Positions 20,078 through 30,253 of a DNA stretch of 64,000 nucleotides are shown here, one piece after another. Both the position numbers and the translations under genes were made by a program. The stretch's first letter is position 1. Each line of letters starts with the position of its first letter. Source of the stretch: an uncultured Planctomycetota bacterium (GTDB lineage: Bacteria > Planctomycetota > Phycisphaerae > Tepidisphaerales > Tepidisphaeraceae); contig CAWJEN010000005.1 in NCBI GenBank assembly GCA_963841915.1, forward strand, positions 1,056,001 to 1,120,000, in the 5' to 3' direction. The notes beneath the pieces are model-generated. The model worked only from the letters and a program-made list of their open reading frames with translations. It was not told where the DNA came from and did not search any database.

Positions 20078-21130
20078 TCAGGCGGCTAGGGCCCGCTCGA
20101 CCTTCTCCGGGTGCGCCGCCTGGCTCACCGCGTCTTCGGCACTGATGCGGCCGTTGGCGTAGAGCTCCATGATCGAGTCATCGAGCGTCTGCATGCCGAG
20201 CTGGCGAGACGTCGAGATGATGTTGGGAATCTCGAAGATGCGGTTTTCGCGGATGCAGTTGCGAACAGCAGGCGTGCAAAGCATGACCTCGATGCCTGGG
20301 ACCATGCCCGGGCCGTCTTGCCTCTTGAAGAGTGTCTGGCTCACGACAGCTTGAAGCGTGTTGGCCAGCATCGAGCGAATCTGGTTCTGCTCGTCAGAGG
20401 GGTAGATGTCGATGATCCGCTCAATCGTCTGCGGCGCGTTGACGGTGTGCAGCGTGCTGAGCACAAGGTGACCCGTCTCTGCGGCGGTAATGGCGGCGCT
20501 GGTTGTTTCGAGGTCACGCATTTCACCGACCAGAATGACGTCGGGATCTTGACGCAGCACGTGGCGAAGGCCGCTGGCAAAAGTCGGGCAATCTTCGCCG
20601 ATCTCGCGTTGCTCGATGGCTGACTTCTCGCTGGTAAAGGTGTACTCGATCGGGTCTTCGATCGTGATGATGTGCCCTTGGTCGCGCTTGTTGATCGCGT
20701 CGATCATGCCGGCCAGCGTCGTGCTTTTTCCAGAGCCCGTGCCACCGGTGACGAGAATGAGGCCGCGTGGCAGGTGCGTGAGCTTGCTGACGACCTCAGG
20801 GAGACCGAGCATGTCAAGCGGGCGAATCTCGTCGTTGACGGTGCGGAAGGCCAAAGCGACCGTGCCACGCTGGTAGTGGGCGTTGACGCGGAAGCGGCTG
20901 CAGTCCTCGACCGCATACGAAAAGTCGGCGTCGCGAAGCTGCTGGAACTTCGACCACCGGTCGTCGTCCATCATGTGCTTGCACAGCTCGACGCACGACT
21001 CTGGCGTCATCACCGGGAAATCGGTTCTTTCGACCACGGTCGTGACGCGGAACATGGGTGGCTGGCCACAGTTGATGTGGATGTCAGACGCCCCGGCGGC
21101 AACAGCTTTTCTTAGAATGTCGTCGAGCAT
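20078..21130 (-). CDS. pilT: PilT/PilU-family retraction ATPase (copy 1)
   Basis: ASDIH, GGTGSGKSTT, TIEDPIE, LRQDPDVILVGEMRD, TLHT, AVRNCIRE, GMQTLD. Confidence 0.92.
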   Translation of the reverse strand: MLDDILRKAVAAGASDIHINCGQPPMFRVTTVVERTDFPVMTPESCVELCKHMMDDDRWSKFQQLRDADFSYAVEDCSRFRVNAHYQRGTVALAFRTVNDEIRPLDMLGLPEVVSKLTHLPRGLILVTGGTGSGKSTTLAGMIDAINKRDQGHIITIEDPIEYTFTSEKSAIEQREIGEDCPTFASGLRHVLRQDPDVILVGEMRDLETTSAAITAAETGHLVLSTLHTVNAPQTIERIIDIYPSDEQNQIRSMLANTLQAVVSQTLFKRQDGPGMVPGIEVMLCTPAVRNCIRENRIFEIPNIISTSRQLGMQTLDDSIMELYANGRISAEDAVSQAAHPEKVERALAA

Positions 21131-21230
21131 AATGATCCCTTCTACTTCGTATCCAAGATGTGTCCGGTGAAGCCGCAGGCGGCTTATCGGACACAAGCTG
21201 GGTAAAGCTGGAAGACTGATGCGACGCGAT

Positions 21231-22469
21231 CTACACGAGCGAGTGCAACCGCGACCACGCCTCATCGGCAAGCTCGATCTGCGCCTCGGCCCGCGCAAGC
21301 GTCGGGCCTCGAAGTACCTCGGCGGCAGACCACAGCCGCAACGCCTCGGCCGAAAGGTTTTCGCTCAGCTTCTCGTCTGCCAGCGGAACCACCGAGCAAG
21401 CTTCGCCGAACTGGACCGCCAGTCCGTCGAACTTCTGCTTGTAGTACGGCGACTTGTACAACCCGATCACCGGCACGCCCTGCGATAATGCAAAGACGCC
21501 GGCGTGGTAACTGCCCGTAATGACCACACGGCAGCGACCGGCGAGCTGCACGATGTCCTCTGGAGACGATGCAGCAGCGCTGGCGGCATCGACGGATACG
21601 CCATCGGGAAGCAACCTGGCTGTGTTGAGACGGTCTTCGTCCTCGCGCAGCGAGATCGGCACGATCGTCGGCTCGGCACCCGTCGCGTCAAGCACCCGAC
21701 CGATGCCGTCTTTGAGGCGGCGGACATCGTCATCACCGGCGGCCGAGTAATCGGTGACGCGCAAGTTCAAGCCAAGGCGGTCACCGAGCGTCTCACGACG
21801 CTGCGCGTGGGCCGTCTTGATGGCGTCGTCGCCAGTGATGATGACATGCTCGTCAGGCACACCCAGATCGCGGGCCAGTGGGGGGCCGTCGAGGCCCTCG
21901 CGTAGGGTCAGCAGATCGAGGCCGCACAGCATGTCGCCGACGCGCTTGCGGAGCCAGGGCAGCTGGAGCGGGCCTAGTCCCTGACCGAACATGGCCGTCG
22001 GGATGCCGCGAAGTTGAGCGGATTGCAACACCGGCGGCACACCCATCGCCATATAGACGAACACGTCGGTGAGGTAACCGCCGCCCGAGGCGATGACCAG
22101 ATCGGCCTTGGAAAGTGCATCGACGAAGAGGTCGAGATCGGCCGTCTCTTTGCCGGCGAGGCGTCGCTTGACGCGAACAAGCTTGGCGGCAATCTGCGGC
22201 GACCGCATGGCCGTGCGGCGGTCAAGGCCGCGGGCAAAACGTGAGAAGCCACCGAGCAGCGCGTTGTTGCCTAGCAACCGGTCGCGGCCGCTTGTCGGGA
22301 TCGGACGAACGGTGTCGCCGAAGTGTCGCCGAAGCGGCTCGGTGTCTCCCATGACGTCGAGCCTGGCGTGAGGGAACAGCGCGCGACACCGCTCGATGGC
22401 GACGGCAAGCATTGCCCAGTCGCCCATGTTGTGCAGGCCGTAGCCGCTCTGCTCGATCAGAATGCGCAT
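21231..22469 (-). CDS. Polysaccharide pyruvyl transferase family protein
   Basis: HNMGDWAM, DLVIASGGG, FGQGLGP, TLRE, TGDDA, SYHAGVFALSQGVP. Confidence 0.85.
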   Translation of the reverse strand: MRILIEQSGYGLHNMGDWAMLAVAIERCRALFPHARLDVMGDTEPLRRHFGDTVRPIPTSGRDRLLGNNALLGGFSRFARGLDRRTAMRSPQIAAKLVRVKRRLAGKETADLDLFVDALSKADLVIASGGGYLTDVFVYMAMGVPPVLQSAQLRGIPTAMFGQGLGPLQLPWLRKRVGDMLCGLDLLTLREGLDGPPLARDLGVPDEHVIITGDDAIKTAHAQRRETLGDRLGLNLRVTDYSAAGDDDVRRLKDGIGRVLDATGAEPTIVPISLREDEDRLNTARLLPDGVSVDAASAAASSPEDIVQLAGRCRVVITGSYHAGVFALSQGVPVIGLYKSPYYKQKFDGLAVQFGEACSVVPLADEKLSENLSAEALRLWSAAEVLRGPTLARAEAQIELADEAWSRLHSLV

Positions 22470-22498
22470 GGGGTTGGGCGGGTTCGGCGAGTCGATGC

Positions 22499-23857
22499 TC
22501 AGGCGGCAACACCGGGCCGTTGATCGCCCGCGTCGGGCGTGTGCGTCGCGTCAGCCTTGGTGGGCTCAAAGTTCCAGCGGTGTGGAAGCGTGACCGATCC
22601 ATAGGCCGATCCGGGCAGAACGGGTCGGCCTTCGACCGCACCGGGATGCACTTCGAACTCGATCGCACCTTCGACGTGATCCTGCACTTCGTTGGCCGAA
22701 CTGATGGCGGCGTTGAGCCGGTAGTGGCCGGGCACGAGCAGGCATTGGTCGCTCCGCCACGTCAGGGTGTACGGGTTGCCTTCTCGACCTTCGGATGCCG
22801 TGTCGGCAGGCGAGGCCGTTCCAGAATCGGAGTTGAAGACCGGCTGTCCCTGGGCGTCATACACCGTGAAGCGGCAACTCAGGCCCGGCAACCAGGTCGA
22901 AAGGTCGAAGCTGATCTCGAAGGGTTCACCCGTCGAGATGCCGACAGTGCCGTCGCCCCGTGCCAGGCCGCGGGTGCGGACGTCGAGCATCTTCGTGCCA
23001 CCTTTGCCGGCCCGATCAGTGCGGTCGGCAAGTCGCGTGCGACTCTTGTCGACCATCATCTGCAAGTAGACATCGATAGCTGATTCGGCGTCGCCCGAGT
23101 ACTCGACTTCGCCGGCGCCCAGCACGATGCCCGATGTGCACAGCGTGCGAATCGCGCCCATGTTGTGACTGACGAAGAGCACCGTGCGGCCTTCGCCGAC
23201 GACGTTCTTCATCTTCCCGAGGCACTTGCGCTGAAACGCTGCATCACCGACCGCAAGCACTTCGTCGACCACGAGCACTTCGGGCTCCAGGTGGGCGGCG
23301 ACGGCAAAGGCCAGCCGCGTGTACATGCCGCTGGAGTACTGCTTGACGGGCGTGTCGAGGAACCGCTCGACCTCGCTGAAGTCGACGATTTCATCGAACT
23401 TTGACTTCACCTGCTGGCGCGTCATGCCGAGGATCGCACCGTTGAGGAAGATGTTCTCGCGGCCGCTGAGCTCGGGGTGGAAGCCGGTACCGACTTCTAG
23501 GAGTGAGCCGACGCGGCCGTTGATCTCGATCCGGCCGCGGGTCGGCTTGGTGATCTGCGACAGAACCTTGAGCAGCGTGCTCTTGCCCGCGCCGTTGCGG
23601 CCGATGATGCCGACCGCTTCGCCGCGTTTGATTTCGAAGGAAACGTCCTTGAGTGCCCAGAACGTGGTCGGATCGGCATCGTCTCCGTCGCCGCGCAGGG
23701 TAGAGCCGGCGGGACGCAACCGATTGGCCAATGCAGCGGGGCTTCGGGCGATATTGCCCAGCACGTCGCGGAAGGTCTTGTACGACGCGCTACCGGGCGC
23801 GTTGATGCGGTAGCGTTTGCCAACGTGCTGGCAGCGGATGGCAATGTCGTCAGGCAT
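22499..23857 (-). CDS. wzt: Wzt polysaccharide ABC exporter ATPase with C-terminal carbohydrate-binding domain
   Basis: FWALKDVSF, GRNGAGKSTLLK, LLEVGTGFHPELSGREN, YSSGM, DEVLAVGD; about 170-aa C-terminal extension. Confidence 0.93.
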   Translation of the reverse strand: MPDDIAIRCQHVGKRYRINAPGSASYKTFRDVLGNIARSPAALANRLRPAGSTLRGDGDDADPTTFWALKDVSFEIKRGEAVGIIGRNGAGKSTLLKVLSQITKPTRGRIEINGRVGSLLEVGTGFHPELSGRENIFLNGAILGMTRQQVKSKFDEIVDFSEVERFLDTPVKQYSSGMYTRLAFAVAAHLEPEVLVVDEVLAVGDAAFQRKCLGKMKNVVGEGRTVLFVSHNMGAIRTLCTSGIVLGAGEVEYSGDAESAIDVYLQMMVDKSRTRLADRTDRAGKGGTKMLDVRTRGLARGDGTVGISTGEPFEISFDLSTWLPGLSCRFTVYDAQGQPVFNSDSGTASPADTASEGREGNPYTLTWRSDQCLLVPGHYRLNAAISSANEVQDHVEGAIEFEVHPGAVEGRPVLPGSAYGSVTLPHRWNFEPTKADATHTPDAGDQRPGVAA

Positions 23858-23914
23858 GAGCGATGGGTTCGGAGCAGAACAGTCAGCGGGCAGGGCAGGC
23901 GGCGGTCGGTCAGA

Positions 23915-24793
23915 TCAGACGACGTCGGCAAAGGTGTCTTCGACGCGGCGGAAGTAGAGCAGGCCACCGATGAGGCAGACAGCCGTGGACACCGCACCGA
24001 CGGCCCACATGGCCGGGTGGGCGGGCGTGCCCAAAGCTGCCCAGCGGAAGAACTCGATCGGTGCCGCCCCCGGCAACAGGCCGTACAGAGGCCGCCATGT
24101 GTCGCTGATCTGCGACGCCGGCCAGAAGACCGGGGCGGCGAAGATCATCGACTGCGTCACGAACGGGATCACGTACCGCACGTCGCGATACTCGACATTC
24201 AATGCCGACAGCGGCAGCCCGATGGCGATGGCCGACAGGAACGCCCACAGCACGGCGACCGGAATCAGCAACGCCTGGATCGGCGGGACGAAGCTGTCGA
24301 CGCCCGGAATCAGCGGCAGGGCCGCAACGACCAGCACGAGCACCGTAAACTGAATGAGCGCGTCGACGAGCGACACCATGGCCGCCGAGGTCGGCAGGAC
24401 CAGGCGTGGGAAGTAGACCTTCTTGAGCATGTTCTGGGCCGCAACCAGCGACATGCAGCTCGTTTGAAATCCGGTGTTGAACAGCATCCAAGGCAGCTGG
24501 CTGACCAGGTAGAACAGGAATGCCGGCTTAACGCCATCTGTGCCCGCACCGGCAACCCCGCCGAAGATGACGGTGCCGATAACCGTGAAGACGATCGGCT
24601 GGATCAGCGCCCACAGCACGCCAAGGGCGGTTTGCTTGTAACGGACTTTGATGTCTCGGAGGGCGAAGATCGCGAACAGTTCGCGGTAATGCCACAGCTC
24701 GCGGAGGTCGAGCGACTGCCAGCCACCACCGGGTTCGACGACTTTCGAGATCGGCGAGCTGGCGGCGGTGGGTTCCGTGGAGAGCGTGGTCAT
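23915..24793 (-). CDS. wzm: Wzm polysaccharide ABC exporter permease
   Basis: LWHYREL, RDIKVRYKQTALGVLWALIQP, KKVYFPR, YRDVRY, FADVV. Confidence 0.93.
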   Translation of the reverse strand: MTTLSTEPTAASSPISKVVEPGGGWQSLDLRELWHYRELFAIFALRDIKVRYKQTALGVLWALIQPIVFTVIGTVIFGGVAGAGTDGVKPAFLFYLVSQLPWMLFNTGFQTSCMSLVAAQNMLKKVYFPRLVLPTSAAMVSLVDALIQFTVLVLVVAALPLIPGVDSFVPPIQALLIPVAVLWAFLSAIAIGLPLSALNVEYRDVRYVIPFVTQSMIFAAPVFWPASQISDTWRPLYGLLPGAAPIEFFRWAALGTPAHPAMWAVGAVSTAVCLIGGLLYFRRVEDTFADVV

Positions 24794-25052
24794 GTGCCGT
24801 CAGCAGGTCGGTGTCAGAAGAGTTCCGTCGGGGCGACCGTCACACCTGCAACGATGCCCCAGGCAAGGCCGGCGGAGGCCGGGCACTGCCCGTTTCATCG
24901 GTCCGTCCCCGCCCGGGCACCCTGGCCGATGCTGTGTCGCCAGTTATAGGAACTAAGACCGGCGTCACCCGCTGCACGAACCAGCTTGACGCAGCAAATC
25001 CAGCCACGAACTCAAAGGCCGCGGCTGAACGCTGATCTTGCTGCGTCAGATA

Positions 25053-26831
25053 CTAACCGCCCTCGGTCACACGCAGCACCTCATCGACTGTGGTCATGCC
25101 CGCGTCGACCTTCTGCCAGCCGTCCTCACGAAGCACGACCAGTCCCGCCTCACGGCACATACGACGCAGGGCGTTGACTTCCGGATTCGTCGTCACCGCA
25201 TCACGCAGCGCGTCGTCCATCTTCAGCAGCTCGTATAAGCCGAGCCGGCCGGTGTAGCCGGTTTGACGGCACTTGTCGCAACCGCCGCCGTGGAACATCG
25301 GGCGAGACGGGTCAAAGCCGTTGCGCTCGTAGACCTTCTTGGTCTCGTCGCTGGGATTGAACGCTTGCTTGCAGTTCGGGCAGATCTTTCGGATAAGCCG
25401 TTGAGCAAGGATGCCGTTGACCGCCGCCGAGATCAGGTACGGCTCGACGCCGATGTTGATGAGTCGGGTGATGCTTGCCGGTGCGTCGTTGGTGTGGAGC
25501 GTCGACAGCACGAGGTGACCCGTGAGCGACGCCTGGACGGCGATGCGGGCTGTTTCGCCGTCGCGAATTTCACCGAGCATGACGACGTCCGGGTCCTGAC
25601 GCAGCAGGCTGCGAAGGGCCGCCGAGAAGGTCATGCCGATCTTGTCCGTCACCTGAACCTGGTTAGCCGCCTGCAGGTGGTACTCGACTGGGTCTTCGAC
25701 GGTCGAGATGTTGAGCTTGCCGCCGTCCATGCAGCGGAGCGACGAGTAGAGCGTGGTGGTCTTACCCGAACCCGTCGGGCCTGTGACGAGCAGGATGCCG
25801 TGCGGCTGATCAATCATGTCACGCCACGTCGACAAGTGCGCGTCGCTGAAGCCAAGCGCCTCGAGCGGCACGTTGATCGAGCGATTGTCGAGGATTCGGA
25901 TGACGATCTTCTCACCTGCCACCGTTGGCAGCGTGCTCATGCGAAGGTCGATTTTGCGGCCTTGCACGACGGCTCGAATGCGGCCGTCCTGGGGAAGGCG
26001 TCGCTCGGCGATGTCGAGGTTCGCCATGATCTTCAGACGCGAGCTAATCGCCGGGGCCATCGCGTAGGGCGGGCTCATCGCACTGAACAAGATGCCGTCG
26101 ATGCGATAGCGGACGGTGAGCTGCTTCTCCTTGGGCTCGATGTGGATGTCGCTTGCGCCTTGTTTGATCGCGTCGGCGATGAGGTAGTTGACGAAGCGGA
26201 TGACCGGCGACTCGCTGCCGGCCTTTTCCAGATCGTCGGCATCCTCGGTCTTCTCTTCGACGACGCTCACGTCGTCTTCGGCAGCATCACCGATGATGTC
26301 GTTGAGGTTGCCAAGGTCGTTGCCACCATCCCCGGCAAGCTCTTCGCACACCTTGGCCACGAGCGACGGTGGCACGACGACAAGATCGACCGTCCGCCCG
26401 CCGAGTCGACGCGCTACTTCATCGACAACGAATATGTCTGCCGGATCGCAGACGCCGATCCGCGTCTGTTGATCGTCGACGATCGGCATGACGCCGGTCT
26501 CTCGGCAGTAGTCGAGGCCGATCTTGTCGATTGTTGAGCGGACACGTTCTGGCTCGCCGTCAAGCTCGGCCAAGAACGGCACGCCGTGCAGTTCGGCCAG
26601 AGCGGCGTAGACCTCCGCCTCTTCCGCGCCATTTTCTACAAGCACGCGCTGCAGCGGCTGGCCCGGCGTTTTGTCGATGACGGCTCTAGCTTGCTCAACG
26701 GCCTCGGCCGCGATCCTGCCGCGCCGGATCAAGACGTCTTCCAGCGTCAGCCGCTGGGCCATGTCCTCATCGGGCGACCAGAGGCCGCCGTGCATGGGCT
26801 CGGGCGTGGGATCGAAGCGGATCGTGTTCAT
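25053..26831 (-). CDS. pilB: PilB/GspE extension ATPase (copy 1)
   Basis: ASDIHIEP, RRLPQDGRI, GPTGSGKTTT, LRQDPD, CPNC..GCDKC, EVLRVT. Confidence 0.92.
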   Translation of the reverse strand: MNTIRFDPTPEPMHGGLWSPDEDMAQRLTLEDVLIRRGRIAAEAVEQARAVIDKTPGQPLQRVLVENGAEEAEVYAALAELHGVPFLAELDGEPERVRSTIDKIGLDYCRETGVMPIVDDQQTRIGVCDPADIFVVDEVARRLGGRTVDLVVVPPSLVAKVCEELAGDGGNDLGNLNDIIGDAAEDDVSVVEEKTEDADDLEKAGSESPVIRFVNYLIADAIKQGASDIHIEPKEKQLTVRYRIDGILFSAMSPPYAMAPAISSRLKIMANLDIAERRLPQDGRIRAVVQGRKIDLRMSTLPTVAGEKIVIRILDNRSINVPLEALGFSDAHLSTWRDMIDQPHGILLVTGPTGSGKTTTLYSSLRCMDGGKLNISTVEDPVEYHLQAANQVQVTDKIGMTFSAALRSLLRQDPDVVMLGEIRDGETARIAVQASLTGHLVLSTLHTNDAPASITRLINIGVEPYLISAAVNGILAQRLIRKICPNCKQAFNPSDETKKVYERNGFDPSRPMFHGGGCDKCRQTGYTGRLGLYELLKMDDALRDAVTTNPEVNALRRMCREAGLVVLREDGWQKVDAGMTTVDEVLRVTEGG

Positions 26832-26860
26832 CGGTGCGTTCTTCCTTGAGCGTGGTCCAA

Positions 26861-27565
26861 TCAGCGGTTCATCGTCGCCAGCGCTTCGTGCCCTTCGCGG
26901 CTGACGCGAATGCCTTCGCGGGTGATGGCGATGATCTTCATGTCCTCGCCGACGGTGTCACCGACACGCACGAAAGCGCCTTCGACTTGTGCCGTCGGTC
27001 GGCTGCCGAGCAGGACGCTGCCGACATCAAGTTTCGATGCGTCGGCGATCAGTCGCTGGCCCGCTTCCTTGCGAAGGCGGTCTCTTTCGGCTGCGAGTCG
27101 GCGGGCGTAGGCCTCGTTGACTTCGGCTGATTCTTCAAGCACGTCGGCCGCGACTTCTTCACGCCAGAACGGATTGGTCTTGAGCTTGTCGAGCGGGATC
27201 TGACTGTCGCGGCTGAGCTCGCCGAACTTGTCGCGAATCGCCTCGGTGTCGGCCAGCAGGTCACGTACCTCGTTGACCTCCGACGCACCACCGGCGAGGA
27301 ACTTTTGAATGCTCTGTCGAGCGGCCGAGACGGCCGGGTCAACGGTGACCGCCGCAGCGCCGGCCGAGGCGGGACCGGCCCGCATCTTCATCATGTAGAG
27401 CCCACCCGCGGCCAGGACGGCCATGCCGCAGAACGCCAGCGTCGTGCGACTGACCTTCTGCTTCTCTTCGGGCACGACATATCCGTCTTCGCCTCCACCG
27501 GATAGGGCGGCCGAGAAGTTTCGCTCCTCGTCGGGGAGCTGCGTGGTTCGTTGTTGGTCTTCCAT
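26861..27565 (-). CDS. Membrane-anchored pilus assembly accessory protein in the PilP position
   Basis: One TM segment, TNPF motif, C-terminal VRVGDTV..IIAITREGIRV beta domain; follows pilO. Confidence 0.55.
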   Translation of the reverse strand: MEDQQRTTQLPDEERNFSAALSGGGEDGYVVPEEKQKVSRTTLAFCGMAVLAAGGLYMMKMRAGPASAGAAAVTVDPAVSAARQSIQKFLAGGASEVNEVRDLLADTEAIRDKFGELSRDSQIPLDKLKTNPFWREEVAADVLEESAEVNEAYARRLAAERDRLRKEAGQRLIADASKLDVGSVLLGSRPTAQVEGAFVRVGDTVGEDMKIIAITREGIRVSREGHEALATMNR

Positions 27566-27590
27566 GTCAAGTCCTTTCGAAGAAGGGGCC

Positions 27591-28148
27591 TTAGCCCGAG
27601 ATGACCTCGCCCGCCGTACCGGCCGGTTCGAAGAAGATGCAGAGTGTCATCTCTGCCTGCGTCTGTCCGTCCTGATCGTCAATGCGACTGAGCTTCAGCA
27701 TCGGCACCCGCGTGATGCGGTCCATCCGCTCGAGCTCGAGCTGATAGGCGTAGAAGCCTTCGAAATCGCCCGAAAGCTGTAGCGAAATCGGCTTCTCGCT
27801 GTAGTGGCTGTCACGACGCACGTTGCCGGGCTTGAACTCCTTGATCGACAGGCCGTTCTTCTGAGCGGCTTGCCAGACGTCGGTAAGGGTGCCTTGCACG
27901 TTCTCTTCACGAGGCAGTTTCGACTCGAAGAACTCGACGGCCTGGCGAAGCTCGTCGACGTGCCGCTCGAGGTCATCGATGTCGGCCGTTGCCATTTGCA
28001 GGTCGATGAGCTCGCGTCGCTTGTCGGCCTCGTCGGCGCGGTACTGCTCCTTGCGTTCGGCAACGCGTTTGAAGCCGAACCACCAGCTGCAACCGAGCAG
28101 CGCGAGCATGAGCGTGAGCAGAATGAGTTCGCGTAGTTGCAGTTTCAT
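27591..28148 (-). CDS. pilO: Type IV pilus assembly protein PilO
   Basis: N-terminal TM, coiled coil, KLPREE, YSEKPISLQLSGDF, LERMDRI. Confidence 0.85.
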   Translation of the reverse strand: MKLQLRELILLTLMLALLGCSWWFGFKRVAERKEQYRADEADKRRELIDLQMATADIDDLERHVDELRQAVEFFESKLPREENVQGTLTDVWQAAQKNGLSIKEFKPGNVRRDSHYSEKPISLQLSGDFEGFYAYQLELERMDRITRVPMLKLSRIDDQDGQTQAEMTLCIFFEPAGTAGEVISG

Positions 28149-28945
28149 GGTTGGCCTCCGAGCGGCGTTGTCATGTCGTCACCGCCTGCGACGGCAGTCG
28201 GTTGAACCGGTCGCGCCTCGACATCTGCATCGAGCTTCAGTGCGATGAGGAACCGGCGGACTTCGAGATCCTGGTCACGGCTTTCCTTCTCTCGCCGAAC
28301 CCACTTGAGGTCGACGCTGGTGAAGTACGAGCCGGATTTGAGCGCGTTGATGTAGTCGCTGACTTGACCCTCGCTGAGGGCCGTTCCTTCGAGGCCAAGC
28401 GTCGTGTCGTACGCGAGTGGCGCGGGCGGCTGAGCGACCACCTTGGTCTTGGTGCCAGGGGCAGGCTTAGGCGGCGCGGGCGGGGCAAGTCGCTTGGCGT
28501 CGAGGGACAGGTTGCTGAGCGTCACGCCGTGCGGCAGGGTGTTGGTCACCTCTGCCAGAAGGTTGCTCCTCGGCATGCGTTCGACGAGCGACGCGCTGAG
28601 TTCCCAGCGATCGGCGACGCTCTTTTGTCGGGTCTGCATCTGGCGGAACTGCTCGATGCGGCGGGCGGCGTGCGTGTACTCGGCATCGACTTCGGCAAAG
28701 CCTGCTTCGGCGGCGGCGAGTGACTGCTCGCTGAGGTGCCACGTCACGCCAATCGCACCGACGACGACGCCGAACAGCGACAAAAGGATGACGTCTGCGC
28801 GACGCTTGGCACGTCGCTCGGCATAGCCCTCGGGCAGGAAGTCCATGCCGTCCGTCGCCGTTGCCGGTCGACCGGCTCGTGCGAGCTTGGCGTAAAGCTT
28901 CTTGAACGTGGCGAGGCTGCCGCCGTCGGTGGTTTGGTCTTGCAT
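28145..28945 (-). CDS. pilN: Type IV pilus assembly protein PilN
   Basis: DFLP motif before TM, LPHGVTLSNL, GLEGTALS..VSDYINAL..SYF. Confidence 0.82.
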   Translation of the reverse strand: MQDQTTDGGSLATFKKLYAKLARAGRPATATDGMDFLPEGYAERRAKRRADVILLSLFGVVVGAIGVTWHLSEQSLAAAEAGFAEVDAEYTHAARRIEQFRQMQTRQKSVADRWELSASLVERMPRSNLLAEVTNTLPHGVTLSNLSLDAKRLAPPAPPKPAPGTKTKVVAQPPAPLAYDTTLGLEGTALSEGQVSDYINALKSGSYFTSVDLKWVRREKESRDQDLEVRRFLIALKLDADVEARPVQPTAVAGGDDMTTPLGGQP

Positions 28946-28972
28946 CGGGTCGGTCCTTCGGTTCGACGTGGT

Positions 28973-30145
28973 TCAGCGCAGGGCAGGGACGCCGGCGGCA
29001 AGGCCGAGCGCTTGCGACCACGCGGTCGCGTTGCATCCGTCAGGCAGCGTGTTGTCTCCGGTGAGGCGGCAGGCGAAGTCGCCGACCTGCGCCGCTACGC
29101 CAACGCGTTTGGCTACTTCGCGACACAGGCCCTGGTCGGCCGCACCACCGCCGAAGAAGACGAGCCGTTCGATCGGCTTGCTCGCAAACGTCGCGTCGTG
29201 ATACTGCCGGCAACGGGTCAGCTCACCGGCCAACTGCGTTGCAAAGCGGGCGATAGTCGCGTCGCCTTGGTCAGCCTCTGGACGTTCCTCGTGCCGACGC
29301 ATTGCAGCGCCGAGCATTGCAAAGCCTTCACCTTCAGGCGCTTTGGGCTCAGCAGGTCGCGGATCGGCCACCACGCTCCGGCGACGCTTGACCTCGTGCA
29401 GGTCGCACAATTCGGCCTCGGCCATGGCGGCGTAGATGGATTCGATGCCGATGTCGATCGGCCGGGCAAACGTCATCTCGTTGCCACGCGTCACAAAGAC
29501 ACGGGACGATCGGCGGCCAAGGTCGACACACGCAAAGGTCGTCGTTTGATCGTTTGCGCGGTTGTAGAACCGCTCGAAGCCGGCACGCATTGCCAGCGGC
29601 GCGGCGCGAAGGCCGGTCGGCTCGAGCTTGACCTTCTCCACAGCCGCCAGCACCGCCTCTACATCGCCGCGACGAGCGGCAGAGACGAGCACTTCTAACC
29701 GCGGGCCATCCTTCGTGTGAACTTCACCGGCGACCTCGTGGCGAAGTAGCGCCCGCGACGTATCGATCGGAAGCTTGTCGGCGGCCTCGAACTTGACAGC
29801 GTCGCTCAGGTGCTCGGTGTCGAGCTTCGGGAGCCGAAGCGTCGCCCAGTACACCCGCGAAGACGGCAGCGACAGCACGACCTGCTTCCCGGAGAACGGA
29901 CCGGCCGTCGCTTCACGCAGCAGATCGGGAAGTTGCCGAATGTACGCGTCGAAGTCGTCGGCGGCATGCGGGGCGACCTCTGCCGACCCACAGGCGACGA
30001 GCGCTGAGCCGTTAGGTGTTCCAACCACCTGGGCGGCGCGGACGGCATCACTGCCGAGGTCAATCGCGATGGGTCCAGCATTGCTGCCGCGTGAGCGGGC
30101 AAAGGCGGGTCGAGCCGATTTGAAGGTGCTGAGCAGGCCGAGCAT
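28973..30145 (-). CDS. pilM: Type IV pilus assembly protein PilM
   Basis: Actin-like motifs IAIDLGS, KFEA, VDLG, FFGGGA, ALGLA; upstream of pilN. Confidence 0.85.
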   Translation of the reverse strand: MLGLLSTFKSARPAFARSRGSNAGPIAIDLGSDAVRAAQVVGTPNGSALVACGSAEVAPHAADDFDAYIRQLPDLLREATAGPFSGKQVVLSLPSSRVYWATLRLPKLDTEHLSDAVKFEAADKLPIDTSRALLRHEVAGEVHTKDGPRLEVLVSAARRGDVEAVLAAVEKVKLEPTGLRAAPLAMRAGFERFYNRANDQTTTFACVDLGRRSSRVFVTRGNEMTFARPIDIGIESIYAAMAEAELCDLHEVKRRRSVVADPRPAEPKAPEGEGFAMLGAAMRRHEERPEADQGDATIARFATQLAGELTRCRQYHDATFASKPIERLVFFGGGAADQGLCREVAKRVGVAAQVGDFACRLTGDNTLPDGCNATAWSQALGLAAGVPALR

Positions 30146-30253
30146 GATGCGTGTTCCTCTGGTGCGTGCCGAACATGGCACGCCACCACTGGGAACTACG
30201 TTTCATCGGCAGTTGAGGCAAGCCTGTAAAGCTGGATAAGCTCGCACTTCACC

